From NCBI RefSeq assembly GCF_009914755.1, contig NC_060927.1: 64,000 bases of DNA; one strand, written 5' to 3'. Position 1 is the stretch's first letter. Every line of letters starts with the position of its first letter. Source of the DNA: the human T2T-CHM13v2.0 reference genome, Homo sapiens. The notes below the pieces were generated by a model. It saw nothing but the letters and a program-made list of their open reading frames with translations. It was not told the DNA's origin and did not search any database. Below are positions 12,485 to 26,250 of this stretch, in pieces. The translations under genes were made by a program, and so were the position numbers.

Positions 12485-15400
12485 ACAGGTGACAGTGTCT
12501 TACACAAAATACTTTCTACAAGATGGTCATTTTGATCTGTTAAGTAAGAATTTGCAAGAGACAGGTGTGAAAACACAGTTGTGGTTTTGCACTTCTGGGG
12601 CTGTGTATATGAATACTGTTGTTCAGAGAATATTATACTATCATGGATAGTAGTTTTGTTGTTTTGAATAAAACAATTTTATCTCAATGCTTTCTTGATT
12701 TTAACTTAAAAATTTTAACATTTTACTAACATAAAATGTCATGAAGTACTTTGGTAACCCAGTCCATTTAAAAGAAATTAAACTAGTTTTAGATACTAGT
12801 GTTTCCTTTATAAGCTAAACCTATACTTGTTTTAATGGTTCCCTCAAATTTTCTCTATTAGGTGCTACCTTTACAAGCAAATGTGTAAGTGGTCCTTTAT
12901 TTACTTGAAGATTCTGAGGTCATAAATCTGACGTAAGTTCCATTTACAAATGATGAGTGCGTTAAACATCTGGGAATGCATAACCAAAGTCTAGCATTAC
13001 ACATGAATATTTTTAAACCTCAAGGAAGTATGATTTCATTCTTTAAATACCAGGCTTCAAAAAAAGTATGATTTCTTCACTTTAAATCATTTCTTTATCC
13101 GTAAAGCTTTAATGAAAGTATTATTCCCATTGCTGTCTACTTGGCCTTATCCAATGAACAATAAAAAATTCTTCTTTTGCTTTGTTTGGTAGTTTTTGAC
13201 TATAGAGGACATCATCTAATGCTTTTCCCTATGTACTTTGCAAGGTCTTAAATGACAATACAAGTACGTTTCCAAAAATATAACACAGCATTTATTGTGT
13301 CTGAACTCAACTCTCTCAGTGCAACCATGAACGTGCCTTGAGAAACTTGGTAAAAGCTTTGAACTTTTTTGGGGCAGAAAGGTATCACAAACTGAAATTA
13401 AACCTACAATTAAGGCTTTTATACAAAATGTATACAAAGATCAAGTTCTGCTCTCTGACACATAGGAAAGAAAGCAAGAGTGGGGAGGGGGAGAGCCTAA
13501 ACAGATGTGTTTTTGTATCATGCAGTCGACTTCTGCATCTGAAACGTAACTCAGCGAAACAGAAACCCAGCCATGTGACTCCTTTTCTGTAGAGAATAGA
13601 GTTGAACACAGTATCCCGAAGTCACAGGGCATGTGCTAGACATTCACTTATTCATATTTCTGCCTTCTTTATAAACAGAAATTAATATTACACTGCTGTG
13701 TATGTGTGTCTGCTTTTCTTGAGTACATTATTATTCTCTCCAGATGCCCACCTGATGTACCTCATTCTCACAATTAAAACAGTTATATGGTTAAACACAC
13801 AGGAATAGAGTTAGTTAGCATGTGGTGTAACAAATGAACTCACATAAAATTTACATGATTTAATTAGCTGATAATGGGTCATTAATTGAGGGACTGAAGA
13901 AAGGAAACATATTCTCTTGGACACATAAAGGCGCCATTCAGGAAGAATAGATTTGTTTTTACTCAGCCCTTCTCAGGAGAACCACCTGTGCAAATACGGG
14001 GCTCAAGTCAGATGACAAGCAGGGTTTTTATGGGACCAGGAAGATTTTCATCTCCATGACAACCTTCCTGGTTCCAAACAGAGAATGTTATTTTTCTGGA
14101 CTCCTCATCTCAGCCACACCAGTGGACTCAATTCGGCCCTGACATGCATCTGAACACTCTTTCTTGGACAGCCATTATTAACCTGGGCTGCTTCTGACAA
14201 ATCATTTGGTTGGTGATTACAGATCTGACATATTTTGTAATGACTCCATTTTCTGAGGGCTTCATTTTCAAGAAGTGAAATAATGCTGTGACTTAACACC
14301 TCCCTGCAACCACAAGCCACTTTCCCATCTCCAAAGTATACCACTTTTTATTAAGGAGGTCTTATACCCACATAAGTCACTAGCTTGTATATATAAAGAT
14401 AACTGCATTAGTATCATTTAAGTGCATGTATATGATCTAATTTTTCATTATATTAATTAACAACATAATTGATTGACCTGTGGGGAAATACACAAAAAGG
14501 CTTCCTGGGAAATTCTCTCCAAGTAAGTATGGAAAAAGCAAAACAACAATGTTTTCATATGAATGTGCTTGTGATAGGAAAAGGATAGTCTCTGTAGCAA
14601 CTCCAGCAAGTGCCCTTGGCTCTTTGGAAATGATATTCTATCTAGTTTTTTATTTATAGCCAAATCCCGTTCCTAGTCTAAGATAGTGTGACACCCATGG
14701 GAGGTGGCTTGGAATTTGAGAGTATGAGATTATGAAGCTGAAGGCAAAGATTTTGCTTTTTAATTAAGAACTAAACTATACTTTTATACACGATGACATT
14801 TTATGTAACTGGTTACCCACGAATAATCATTTGGGAGCACTTCTGATATGAAATTACCCTCTGATTGAGCCCTTTGAGAAAACCCCAGTCCTTAAAGATA
14901 GACTTTGCTTCAGGATTCAAGGCACAGAATTAAAAGTCATAGAATTTAATTCACCCAACTATCTTTACTCCATCAAGATTTTTGTTATTGTTTTAGCAGA
15001 ATCAGACTACAAATACACTGGGTAGAAATAATAATGCAAAAATACCTCTCCCAAACAAAAATTGCAAAACATCAATTGGTTATTCAAATTAAAAAAAACA
15101 TTTTATTTAACAAACCAGTAGACCTATCAGAAAATCAGGATTTTTCAAATTGTCTACCTTGTGGATGATATTCTATTGAATTTGTCAAGCCTTCGAAGCT
15201 TGGAACCTTAAAATACGAATTACTATTTGTTTAATATACATATTACTAAGTAACTTGTTTATTAAAGGTCATTTATTTTCATCATCAGAAACTTACTGGG
15301 TATCAGAAGAGCACACATATTCAAACTGCATCAGTTTATAGGTGATTTGATATGTCCTCTTGTTTTTTAAAAAAAAAACAGCACATAAAGTCAGTGTGAG

Positions 15401-15929
15401 GAAAAATAAGCTCTATTTAAAAATTTGAGGCAAAAAATAAAATTGCGCTGGATTAGAGACCCCCAACCGACTTTCCAACCAATCCCTCTGTAATAAGCAC
15501 AGAGGAGGCACTCAACCATCTTTTGGATGGTCAAGTGAACTCATTTAAATATGACAAGTATCCCCCCTAAGACTCCCATGAATCAACACAGCCACAAACC
15601 ATGGAACTCAGGTACGGGCAGGTAGAGAGCAGGTAGAAAAAAAATAAAGGAAATGGTGTCCACTGTGATCCCCTCCATCCATGTGAAACTCATTATCTCT
15701 GCACTGAGATAAAATACACAAGATATCCTCAGAACAATTTCAAGTCTGAATATCAACATAAGCAGAATAACAGGGTGCAGGTGGTACCTCAGGGCTGAGA
15801 GAGCACAGGCCCCAGGGCTGGTCAGGTTGATCTTGCAACGTCCGTTTCTGAAGTCAGGCCTGGGCAGGATAACAGTTTTCTGATCATATAATTAATGATT
15901 GGCATCTCCCAGTCTCAGGAAAAGGCAAA

Positions 15930-16330
15930 CCATATTCAGGGAATAAATGTGTACAACAAAGATGAAAAGGTTGACATCTTTAATACAAATAAAGCTTTTC
16001 TACATCAATAAGAAAAAAGATAAACAGCCCAGCCCAGTAACAGGGAACATAAGCAACTGCACCAAAGAAGAAATACAATTGGCTAATGAAAAAGAAAATA
16101 AAATTCAATCCAACTAGATAACAATCAGCTACTCAAATAATCTAGTGCCACTTTTTACTCAACAACATGGCCAAAGTTGAAAATAACCCTGTATTATGGA
16201 AGGGGCAGGGAAAAGACTTACTCGAATATGATCTGTGGGAAAGCAATAGTCACAACTTTTCTGGAGAGATATCTAAAATGATGACACAAATATTCCAATT
16301 CTAGAAATTTTTCTTAAGGAAAACATAAGT
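15930..16330 (+). mobile_element. Old L1ME fragments
   Basis: catcaataagaaaaaagataaacagccca...gaagaaatacaattggctaa...caactttctggagag...ccaattctagaaattt. Confidence 0.6.
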
Positions 16331-16360
16331 TAATGGAAGGATTTACATATAATTATCTTC

Positions 16361-16523
16361 AGGCACGGTGGCTCATGCCTGTAACCCCAGTACTTAGGGA
16401 GGTTGACGCAGGAGGATGGCTTGAGCCCAGGTTGAGGATGCAATCAGCTATGACTGTGCCACTGTACTCCAGCAGCCCAGGTGACCATGTCTCAAAAAAA
16501 AAAAAACAAAAAAACAAAAAAAA
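16361..16523 (+). mobile_element. Monomeric Alu (FRAM-like, or left/right-arm recombinant of AluJ)
   Basis: Single ~135-bp arm with a left-arm-like start, a right-arm-like end and an A tail. Confidence 0.85.
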
Positions 16524-16697
16524 CTTCAACCCAGCATTGTTTTTAATGGTAAAAATAACCATAGTAATAGGTGAGGTAAATTGCATCACAGCCAGCACAG
16601 GCATAGGTTGAATACTACATAGCCATTAAAAGCCCTGAGGCTGAAAAACTACCTAATGACAAAATATTGTTTGTGGAACACTGCAAAGTAAAAGTAG

Positions 16698-17065
<368 letters not shown>

Positions 17066-17407
17066 ATTTCATTCTCATTTTCTACCACCCCCTCATGAAG
17101 CACACGTAAGGCATAGGTATTTTTCTGTATTGTGAGATGACAGGTTACTTCTCACTCTGAGCTTTCCAGTGCTTTTAGAAATGAAACTGTATCACTTCTG
17201 TAACTTGGAGAAGTTATGGAGTTTGACAATGTCAGGTCTAATTAGAATCAGCCATATGAGAAATCACTACTGGCAGCTGAACACTTGGCAAAGAAAAGAT
17301 GTATTTAAATGAAGCCTTAGTGGAGATCTAAAACTGCATACTAAAGGAACTCTCAGGTATTGGCAATTGTAAGTCAGACTCGCTAACAAAAATTCTGAGA
17401 TGCAGCT

Positions 17408-17694
17408 GGCCGGGCGCAGTGGCTCACGCCTGTAATCCCAGCACTTTGGGAGGACGAGGTGGGCGATCATTTGAGGCCAGGAGTTCCAGACCAGCCTGGC
17501 CAACATGGTAAAACCCCGTTTCTACTAAAAATACAAAAATTAGCCAGGCATGGTGGCACGTGCCTGTAAACCCAGCTACTTGGGAGGCTGAGGCACATGA
17601 GAATGGCTTGAACTCAGGAGGTGAAGGTTGCAATGAGCCGAGATTGTGCCATTGCACTCCAGCCTGGGTGACTGAGATGGTCTCAAAAAAAAAA
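17408..17694 (+). mobile_element. AluS (Sz/Sx-like) SINE
   Basis: Full dimer; TSD gagatgcagct at 17397-17407 and 17695-17705. Confidence 0.97.
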
Positions 17695-18148
17695 GAGATG
17701 CAGCTATTACCAGCCCTGTTCCCACTCTTCACAATAGGCTTGGCTATCGACTAGAAATGTACTTCAAAAAACCTCTCTTCCCCGGCACATGCTGGACACC
17801 CTTGCTGAGCAGCAGCCACCACCATACAACCCCTCCCATAGTGTTGCCTTGAACAAGGAGCAAGGCCTCAGCAAAGTAATTTTCAAGGAAGACCTCCCTC
17901 CACCTTTGGTCCTCAGAGCTTCGTGCATAAACTCAGTCCTGCACTGTTCTTCAGAAATCTGGAAACAGCAGTGAAGACATAAAGGAAAACCCTGGGAGTG
18001 AAAGAAGAAAAGTCAACCGAAGTTTCTCCTTGCAGAATTCTGTCATCGTGATGGCCAATTTCACCTTGGAGCAATGCAACAGATGATGGTGCCTCCAACT
18101 GGGACCTGCCGTGCAGCTCCTCGGGCAGGAGACTATCAGTGACTTAAG

Positions 18149-18167
18149 GGACCACTAGGGGGCGATT
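18149..18167 (+). promoter_or_regulatory. Candidate CTCF site (strong)
   Basis: GGACCACTAGGGGGCGATT; the core CCACTAGGGGGCG matches the CTCF consensus and retains its CpG. Confidence 0.7.
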
Positions 18168-19019
18168 TAGGAGTGAACAGTTTTCTATCCTTAAGAAAGA
18201 TAAGCCAGGAAGCCTTAATTTCCAACCTTAAGTCACTGGAGGGTATTAGCTCCCAGGTAAATCCTGTTTTTAATTTTAACTATAAATGTAAACAGGGTCT
18301 TTCATTTTAACTTCTCCAGAAATGTAAACGTGGAGAACTTTCTGAAAGAGATATGTGAAAAGGCAGGGTATGGCACACAAAATTGATACATTGGAAAATA
18401 AATATTTTTTCTCTCCCCTGTCCACTTCCCTAGCCATAACCAAGGCCCTCTCATACAAAAACCAAAAAAGAAAAATAAACCTCTGGCAACAGAGCCCCTA
18501 GTGTCCCTTTGAGGTTCTATTTATATATTATGCCTATGGTTTATCCAGACAGGCCTAAAACGTCTCTGCAGCAGCAAAGACAATTTCCCCCACCCAGGCT
18601 CTCAGCATTTATCTGTAAGCCTCACGTGGCAATTAGTTACTTACTGTGTAGTGAGGGCTCTGGTGTTGGTGTTTAACTCTCCTAAGCTGCCTTAAATCCT
18701 TTGTGGAAGGAGGCAAGATATAAATAGTAGTTTTTAAAACACACAGGCTTACTCTGTTATTTCCATTTCTTATGTGTTTTGACTTTTCCTTTTTTACTTT
18801 CCAAGCCCCCCGTGAGGAAGTGACTTTGCCCTCATAATCACATTGGAAACCAGCCATCTGGAGATGGGATGGTCTCAGGGCAACACGCTCACTAAGCATC
18901 TACCATGCAACAGGCACAGGAAAGGGCGGACCCAGGAGGACGCAGACCCATGCGGTCTCAGCCCTTTAGGTGCAGAAATTGGACCTCTGTCTGTTTGTCC
19001 TGTAATTTCTCCAACATGT

Positions 19020-19130
19020 GGGCACTAGGCTGATCATTTCATCTCCCCTGGCTCAGTTTCCTCTTCTATAAAAACAAGGTCATTGAAAGAGATGGTGGTT
19101 CATGTCCCTTCTGGATCTCCCAGTGCTATG
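19020..19130 (+). mobile_element. MIR core fragment
   Basis: gctcagtttcctcttctataaaa. Confidence 0.5.
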
Positions 19131-19919
19131 GCTCAAAGGGGCGTTCCCTCAGTACTCAACTAACGTACTGACAAACTAGGCTTTCAGTCTTGGAGGGCAA
19201 GAAGTATCTCTCACCTGAGATCCTGCAGGAAAGTCACAGCAAAATTTAATTTTAAATTGGAGATTCAGGCTTTTAGGCCTTTCCAAGGAAAACAGCCTCT
19301 TCTCTTACTGCCTAAGCAACTCCTAGCAGTAACTTTCAACTCTGATTGAATAATCAATTCTTGCCCAAAGACGCCTGAGTAAATACCAAACAGACAACTT
19401 CCTGCCTTGAATCCTGGCACGGGCGGGCGGCTCTTCTCTGTGACTTCCCTGAAAACCCACTGCAAATGTTTCCACCTGGGGAAATCAGGGGCTGAGGCCT
19501 CCAGCCACCCTTTCCTTGAAAGCAATCGTTGCAAATGTTTTGAAAACAACGGATTATCTTTAAAGAAGCAGTAACAACAGAAAGCCATTTGTTTCTTCTA
19601 CCATGACTGATTCATCTGTCGTACACTGGAGGTTGGGGGTGGAGGAGGAGAGGCCCTCAAACAAATGTTTCCTATCAGTGGCAAGTATTTTGATAATCAG
19701 GAAAATACCAAATAGATTTGCAACCAGCTTGGTAAACTACTTAGCTTGAGGATTCAACAGGATCCCTACTGCACGCTTTCTGCCTCCTGTAGCTAACTCT
19801 GTCCATTTTTGTGTCACGTAATTCTTCAGCCAGAACTCAAGCACGACCGTAATAAATATAGTTCATGGGTATGTAAAACTAGTGCTCCTTATGTACAACC
19901 TTTTACGTCTGGTCTTGCC

Positions 19920-20100
19920 TGGAAACTGGTGGCTCCATTTCTAGATCTCTACCCGAGAAGAAACACTAGCACATATACACGCACAAGGAAAAAGGTCTAT
20001 GAAGGCTCGCAGCACCATTGCTTGGAAAAGCAAAAAAGCTGCAGTCTAAATATCCAGTTATAGGGGAACAAATAAAGCATGTGCTCTATGCCAGTGAAGA
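19920..20100 (+). mobile_element. Old L1ME fragment
   Basis: ctccatttctagatctctacccgagaagaaacact...gcaccattgctt...ctaaatatcca. Confidence 0.5.
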
Positions 20101-20260
20101 GGCCTGAGTCAGAAGGAAATTTAAAAGACCACATAAGCACAAAATACAGAAGGAAAGAAAACATAACATTCATAGAGATCGACTCCTGCAGTGGGGAGGA
20201 GGCTGGTTTGGAGCTTGGAGTCAAGGAGGTAGATCCAAGGACAGCTTTAATTATATATGC

Positions 20261-20587
20261 ATAGTCATCTCCCCCTTATCCTCTAGGGATATATTGCCCA
20301 GGGCCCAAATGCATGCCTGAAACCACAGATGGTACCTAACCCTACAAACATTTTTTCCCTATACATAAATACATATGATAAAGTTTAATTTATAGATCAG
20401 GCACAGTAAGAGATTAACAATAAAATAGACCAATTAAAACAATATACTGTAATAAAAGTTATATATGCATGTGGTCTCTTTCTCAAAATACCTTATGATA
20501 GGTACTATACTCATCTATTTTCAGACCATGGTTGACCACAAGCAGCTGAAACCTTGGACAGAGAAACCGTGGCTGGGGGGACCACTG
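20261..20587 (-). mobile_element. MER44A-like (Tigger7-derived) MITE
   Basis: Terminal inverted repeats (ctcccccttatcc ... ggggggaccactg); internal gataaagtttaatttata...ggcacagtaagagattaacaa. Confidence 0.85.
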
Positions 20588-23065
20588 AAATACTCTACAG
20601 TTCTGACATGAAAATATGAAGGAAAAATATTCAGATATCGCTTTTAACATATACAAAGGGAGAAAACAAAACACTGAAGGCAGAGGCGGCAAAATGTTAC
20701 CAGTGGCTACTTTTTTATGGCAGAAATATGGTGACTTCATTTCTCTTTCATGCTTTTCTCTATTTTTCACCCCTCTCTTACCCCCAGTAAAAAACAATTA
20801 AGCAAGCCTGTAACCCATCGTGGTCTCTGACACTCTCACCATCAGGGAAAGTGAAGTCTACTGAAGAAGGCTCCCGCCAACCCAAAAACAGAAAGGCCCA
20901 AGCAGGAAGTGGGACGACTCTCTTAGCCCTTTGTTGTCCATGCTAGAAAAAAGATCATCCTTTATAAAACACCTCTACTCCAGCCCTGGGTGTCAGCTGG
21001 GCCCCCCGTCTGCATCCTCTAGAGCTGGGTTTCCAGGGGGTGAACGTGGTGGGATTTCACATGTGGTTTTGCTTGTGCATTTGGACATTCTTTGTGGGGC
21101 AAGCTTTTCCCTTCTTATTTTCTGACTGCTCCTAGAGAAGATGATTTGCTGCACGCCTCCCCCTACAATCCCAACCCGGAGCCAATGAGGGGAACAGATC
21201 TGGGGATGGAGGCAGATAATGGCAGCATTTCTCACTGCCCTAAAGTACCGTCCACCACGCCAGCAGACAAAGCGGGGCATGTTGTAAAAAGCAGTTCTGC
21301 TGGCAAACGGCTAACAAATCCATGTATTTGCAACCAAGGACTGGCGGCCGCATCTAAAACAGACACCTCATTGTGCTTGGTTTAAAAGGAGCCCTTGGAA
21401 GTAGGGCCTTTCAGGCTGACAGTTAAATCACAACGGCCCATATTTACATGAACGGCTTCCAACCGTCTGGGCGAATACACAATATTTCCATTTCACAGAA
21501 ACCAGGGATGGTGACAACACAGAAGCCAGAGAGACCAGAAAGTAAACTTCTGATTGGTACGAATGTGTTTAAGCAGCAGAGCCTATACACTTATACACTT
21601 GCAGAAGTTAACGCGCTCCTTTGGTAAGCAAGTTTGTTATTGTTGTTAATTCCATGACAAATGTAACAGCTCAGCATACACACACCTAGGTGTCTCAAGA
21701 AGGCTTTCTACTCATTTAATCAAGTGTGTTCCTGTGAGTGCTTTCAGTTGCTCTGGCATTAGCAGGGAAGCTGCGTGATTCTTCAGTTCTGATTAAAAGC
21801 TAGGAGAGCACAACTTTGTAAGCCCATCACAGCAGCGAACCGTTCCAAATTCAGACAGGAAACACCTGGAACTCTGTGCACCACTAGGAACGCACTTTAC
21901 ATTTCAAAACAGATGATTCTAAATTGTTCATAAATATTTGTCTTGTTTCAATAAAACACTCTTCAACCAGTTTCATAAACCCTTGGTTCAGAAGGCTAAA
22001 ACGTACACGCTACTAGGCATCCACATTCTTTTAACATTGCATATATTTATGTGGACAATATCCTGGAAACATAAAACCCAATGGCAGGCATTTAATAGCG
22101 TCATATGGGAATTTTAGTTGTTTTTTTTCTTTTTTTTTTCCGGGGAGAAGGACAACTCTCTCCTTCCATAAATAAAGCCCAAATTGCACTTGTTGTCTAA
22201 AAAAAGTGAACTGAAATATAAATTAAACTCAAGTTTCTTTAACTTGCCTGTTATAGTAAATAAGACCCAGACAAACCCTTCTGGAGGCTTAGAAAAGCTT
22301 TAATATAATTGATTATTAAACCTCCAGCTATAGGATAGAGTCATACTGAAGGCCTTGTAGCCAAACATTCCCTCATTCTTGAACATGATGAGCCCTTTAA
22401 AATGTTTTTAAAAGCTGTTTTTAAAAAGACACTAAAATGAAAAGTAGCTTAGTTTATAGGTTGAAAATTAATCTTTAAAAGCCATTTCTGTACATTTTTA
22501 GTATTGTCCAGATTTTCTACCATACACATGGACTTGTATTGCTTTCATTTATTTTAATGTATACTTTGATCATTAGAAAAAATGAAAATGATTTACACAC
22601 ACACACAAAGAAGAAAGAATCGGGTACCAAGGGCCAGTTCCCAGGTGCTGAGATAGGGTGTTGCGGAGGCTGCAGCCACAGCCTCAAACCCAAGCCAGCC
22701 TGCCAGGGCACTCTGAATCTAGCCCACGGACCTCCAAAGTCGAAAACAGGGCAACCCAGGCTTCCCAAGAGTTAAATGGGAAAGTGGGTCACTTCGAAGT
22801 ACTGTCCAAAGATTGCTACGAGTGAGCTGCTGTTCATAGTCATCGTCTTCTTTTTAAACAGTTATAATTAAAAATTCATCAACTGACCATAAACTTCTTA
22901 CTCTGGTCTAACTAAGAAACATCAGCACACTGCTCCCGGTAAATGAAGATTAGGCATGGCGGTGATAAGAGACTGCATAGAGGCTCTTCGGAACCATAAA
23001 AGATGGTCGTTAGAGGTAATGATAAACTAATTCTGGATACATCAGGCAGCAGATGCTCAGCCCTA

Positions 23066-23079
23066 GGTTAATGATTAAC
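23066..23079. promoter_or_regulatory. HNF1 (HNF1A/HNF1B) palindromic site
   Basis: GGTTAATGATTAAC, an exact match to GTTAATNATTAAC. Confidence 0.6.
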
Positions 23080-24444
23080 GTGCTGGACCCTGGCCAGTTA
23101 AGAAGTTGTTTAACCAATGCCCCTGAGAAGCAAACTTGTTAACATTCACTTGTTCCTAACTACAGCCACTGTTTTCTCTCTCTACACTAACTACACTGCA
23201 AGTAAGTTTTCATCTTTCCCTGCCTCAAACCAAGAATTTAACATGGAGGTCCAGAACTAAGACCTAAGCATAAAGCTCATTCAATTTTCTCAGACTTTTG
23301 AACCTTTACTGAACCAACCAAAGAAATATTACTCTCCCACTAGACTAAAATATTCTGACCCACAGTTGAATGGTAATTGGTAATAGCTTAGTTTGTTGTT
23401 CTTGGATGAATTTTTATTGCACCCGAAAAGAGACACCCACAAAATTTAAGTGCATTGATGAAATTATACTTCAGAGATGACAAAATAGAAGAATCTTATT
23501 TGTTTCTATATACAAACCTTCTATGTCCTTCTAGTTGGTACATTCACAGATAGGATATTTAAGGGTCAGGCTGCCACTGTCAAACAAAATAAAACCATTT
23601 AGAGACATTTAATCTAATTTTAGGAACAATGCATTTTAGGAAGGTGATTAGTAATGCAAATGTAAAATTACCCTTGGTTGGGATAAGCAAGACAAACAAA
23701 GGATACTTAGAAGTACTTGTGTTGTCTTCAGGATTAGGGAATGCTGCTTTGATCATGTTGAAAGGAAGATAGAAAAAAGATTGAAAAGCTGGGTCTCTAA
23801 GGTAGGAGGTCTGGGATCTGTTTATTCTACTTAGTTCAAGTTGGAATTGATGCTGTTAAACATGTGAGATGACCCTAAACTACTCTTCAGGGTTAAGGCA
23901 GGTCTGAGGCAGATGGATGAATTACGCAAATGGACTATAATGTGTAATCTGTGCATGTGTGTAACAATAAAATACAGTTCTATCAAGATTTTGGTTGAGA
24001 AAAGTTAATGATAAAAGGGCTGGGCTGGAAGACTGGGTCGAGGAAGGAGAGTGATACTTAGGGTTTACTCACATCTTATCTAGGCAACTTTTCTGGTCTT
24101 GATTTGGGCTTTAAGGGCCATGAATACACAAATATACTTAAATTCCTACATTTCCAGTATATATGATGTAAGAAATTTCAACCAATTGGTCTGAATCTTC
24201 TATATTTTGCACTTCTCATCAGGCACCTAGCCAACGGTTGAGGGCTGATCTTCTGACTTGGCTTTCCTGGTTGACCAGTGCTGGTTCTATAACCCAATTA
24301 ACTATCAGAATTCCAAGCAATGAACTAAGCTTGCTGGTTTCATCCTGGCAGAAATGAACATAATCTTGAGCTAAAATTGTACAGTTGTAGTCCAACAATA
24401 ATGGCAGATACAAAGGCTATGTTCCCGGTACAAAGACAAGCATT

Positions 24445-24620
24445 TCACCTGCATAATCTCATTTAGCACTTAACAATTCTGTACCGGAGATATTATCTAT
24501 AAACCCATTTTACAGACGAGTAAACAAACTCAGCTAGATTACAAAGTGAGAAAGCGATGGAAGCCACATCTAAATCTAGCATACCTGATTGTAAAGCAAA
24601 ATCCCCCTATACTGTTTTCT
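24445..24620 (-). mobile_element. MIR SINE
   Basis: ataatctcattta...cccattttacagacgagtaaac. Confidence 0.7.
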
Positions 24621-24769
24621 AACATGAATAACCACTCCACCCCAGTACTTTACCCCTACAGATTCATTGGTGGTATAGAAACAAAGGACTCCAAGGACAC
24701 AAAAGCCTAGGTGTCCTTTTCTGACTAGGTAATTGGGTGAGAGCCTCCTTTTCCACCAACAATCAGCCC

Positions 24770-25070
<301 letters not shown>

Positions 25071-25379
25071 CAATCAGCCCTTCTTAAACACCTAGAAATA
25101 AATGTGCTTCTCTCCCAACTCCAAAAAGTTCCTATAAGGAAATGACCTCATCCACCCGTTACAGAATCTCTATTTCAAATTTAACTCCACCCAATATTTT
25201 TTAAAGATCGATTTCCACAGAAAAGCAGAGCCCAGGATATATCTAGATCATACTCTGGAAATCAGCTCTCAGCTCCATTTTTTCCTTTCCAAAAGCATAG
25301 CTCTGGACAATTATATTGCAGAGAGGAAATCAAGACTTAAAGCTAAATTTAGTTATCTATAACTGTTAGAACCATTTTC

Positions 25380-26250
25380 ACATGGATTTCAATCAAATTT
25401 TAATTTAAGTAAATAATGCATGGGTGAAAAGTCCTTTTAAAAAGTACAAAATAAAAGCAGGACAAACCAGGCCTATGCACATACCTAAAACAACAGTCCC
25501 CAAAGTTTAACTACTGCTCATTTTTAATGTATCCTTTCAGATAAAAGCATATACCAGTATAGAGATCTCATTTTAAGAAATAACTTCTATAAATGCTTGC
25601 CACAAAGTTTGTAGATCTGTCTAACTGAGCGTTTGGAGCTCTACTTCATTCTTTTTAATAGGGCTTCCTGCCGTATAGATGTATTGTTATTTAACATTTA
25701 TCTTGTTTCTAATTTGGGAGGAAGGGATATATTGTTGTGGTGGGTTTCCATTGCATAATGTTACAAGTAGCATTCTTGTGTGCATGTATGTGTGCCTGTA
25801 TACATACATATCTTGGCACACTCTTTTGTGATTACATCCACAGTATAGATTATGGAATTTATAAGCCAGACAGAATGAACATTTTAATTTTAATAGATAT
25901 TGCCAAAAGCTGCACCAATGTAAACTCTCACCAACAGTTTATGAGTGCTTATGTCAACACACCCATCAATGTTGCCTATTATCCAACTGTTACATCTCTG
26001 CCAACATCATTTGGTTGTGTATTTTCTTAATTATGAATGAAGTTGAGTACCTTTTCACATGTCTATTGATTATATTCTTATCTTGCTTTTCTATTGGGTA
26101 GTGTGTCTTTTTCCTTGACATGTAGAAACACGTTAAGAAAGGAGAAAATTAGCCCTTCATCTCCTCTTGCTAGTTTGTTATGTTTTTTGCCATACATAAG
26201 TTTTAAATTTTTATATAGTCAAATGACCAATCTTTTTCTTTATGGTTTCT
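25380..26250 (-). mobile_element. Old L1ME fragments
   Basis: gatattgccaaaagctgcaccaatgtaaactctcaccaacagtttatgagtg...gaagttgagtaccttttcacatgt. Confidence 0.65.

Noticed and set aside
13026-13088. Short tandem duplications (also about 26932-26981, 38225-38260, 55611-55648)
   Set aside because: Ordinary two-copy slippage duplications of 20-40 bp with no further structure
11785-15205. Series of possible minus-strand exons (about 11785-12002, 12905-12969, 13448-13587, 15157-15205)
   Set aside because: Splice signals are mostly weak, no joined reading frame gave a recognisable protein, and GTAAGT-type hexamers are expected many times by chance
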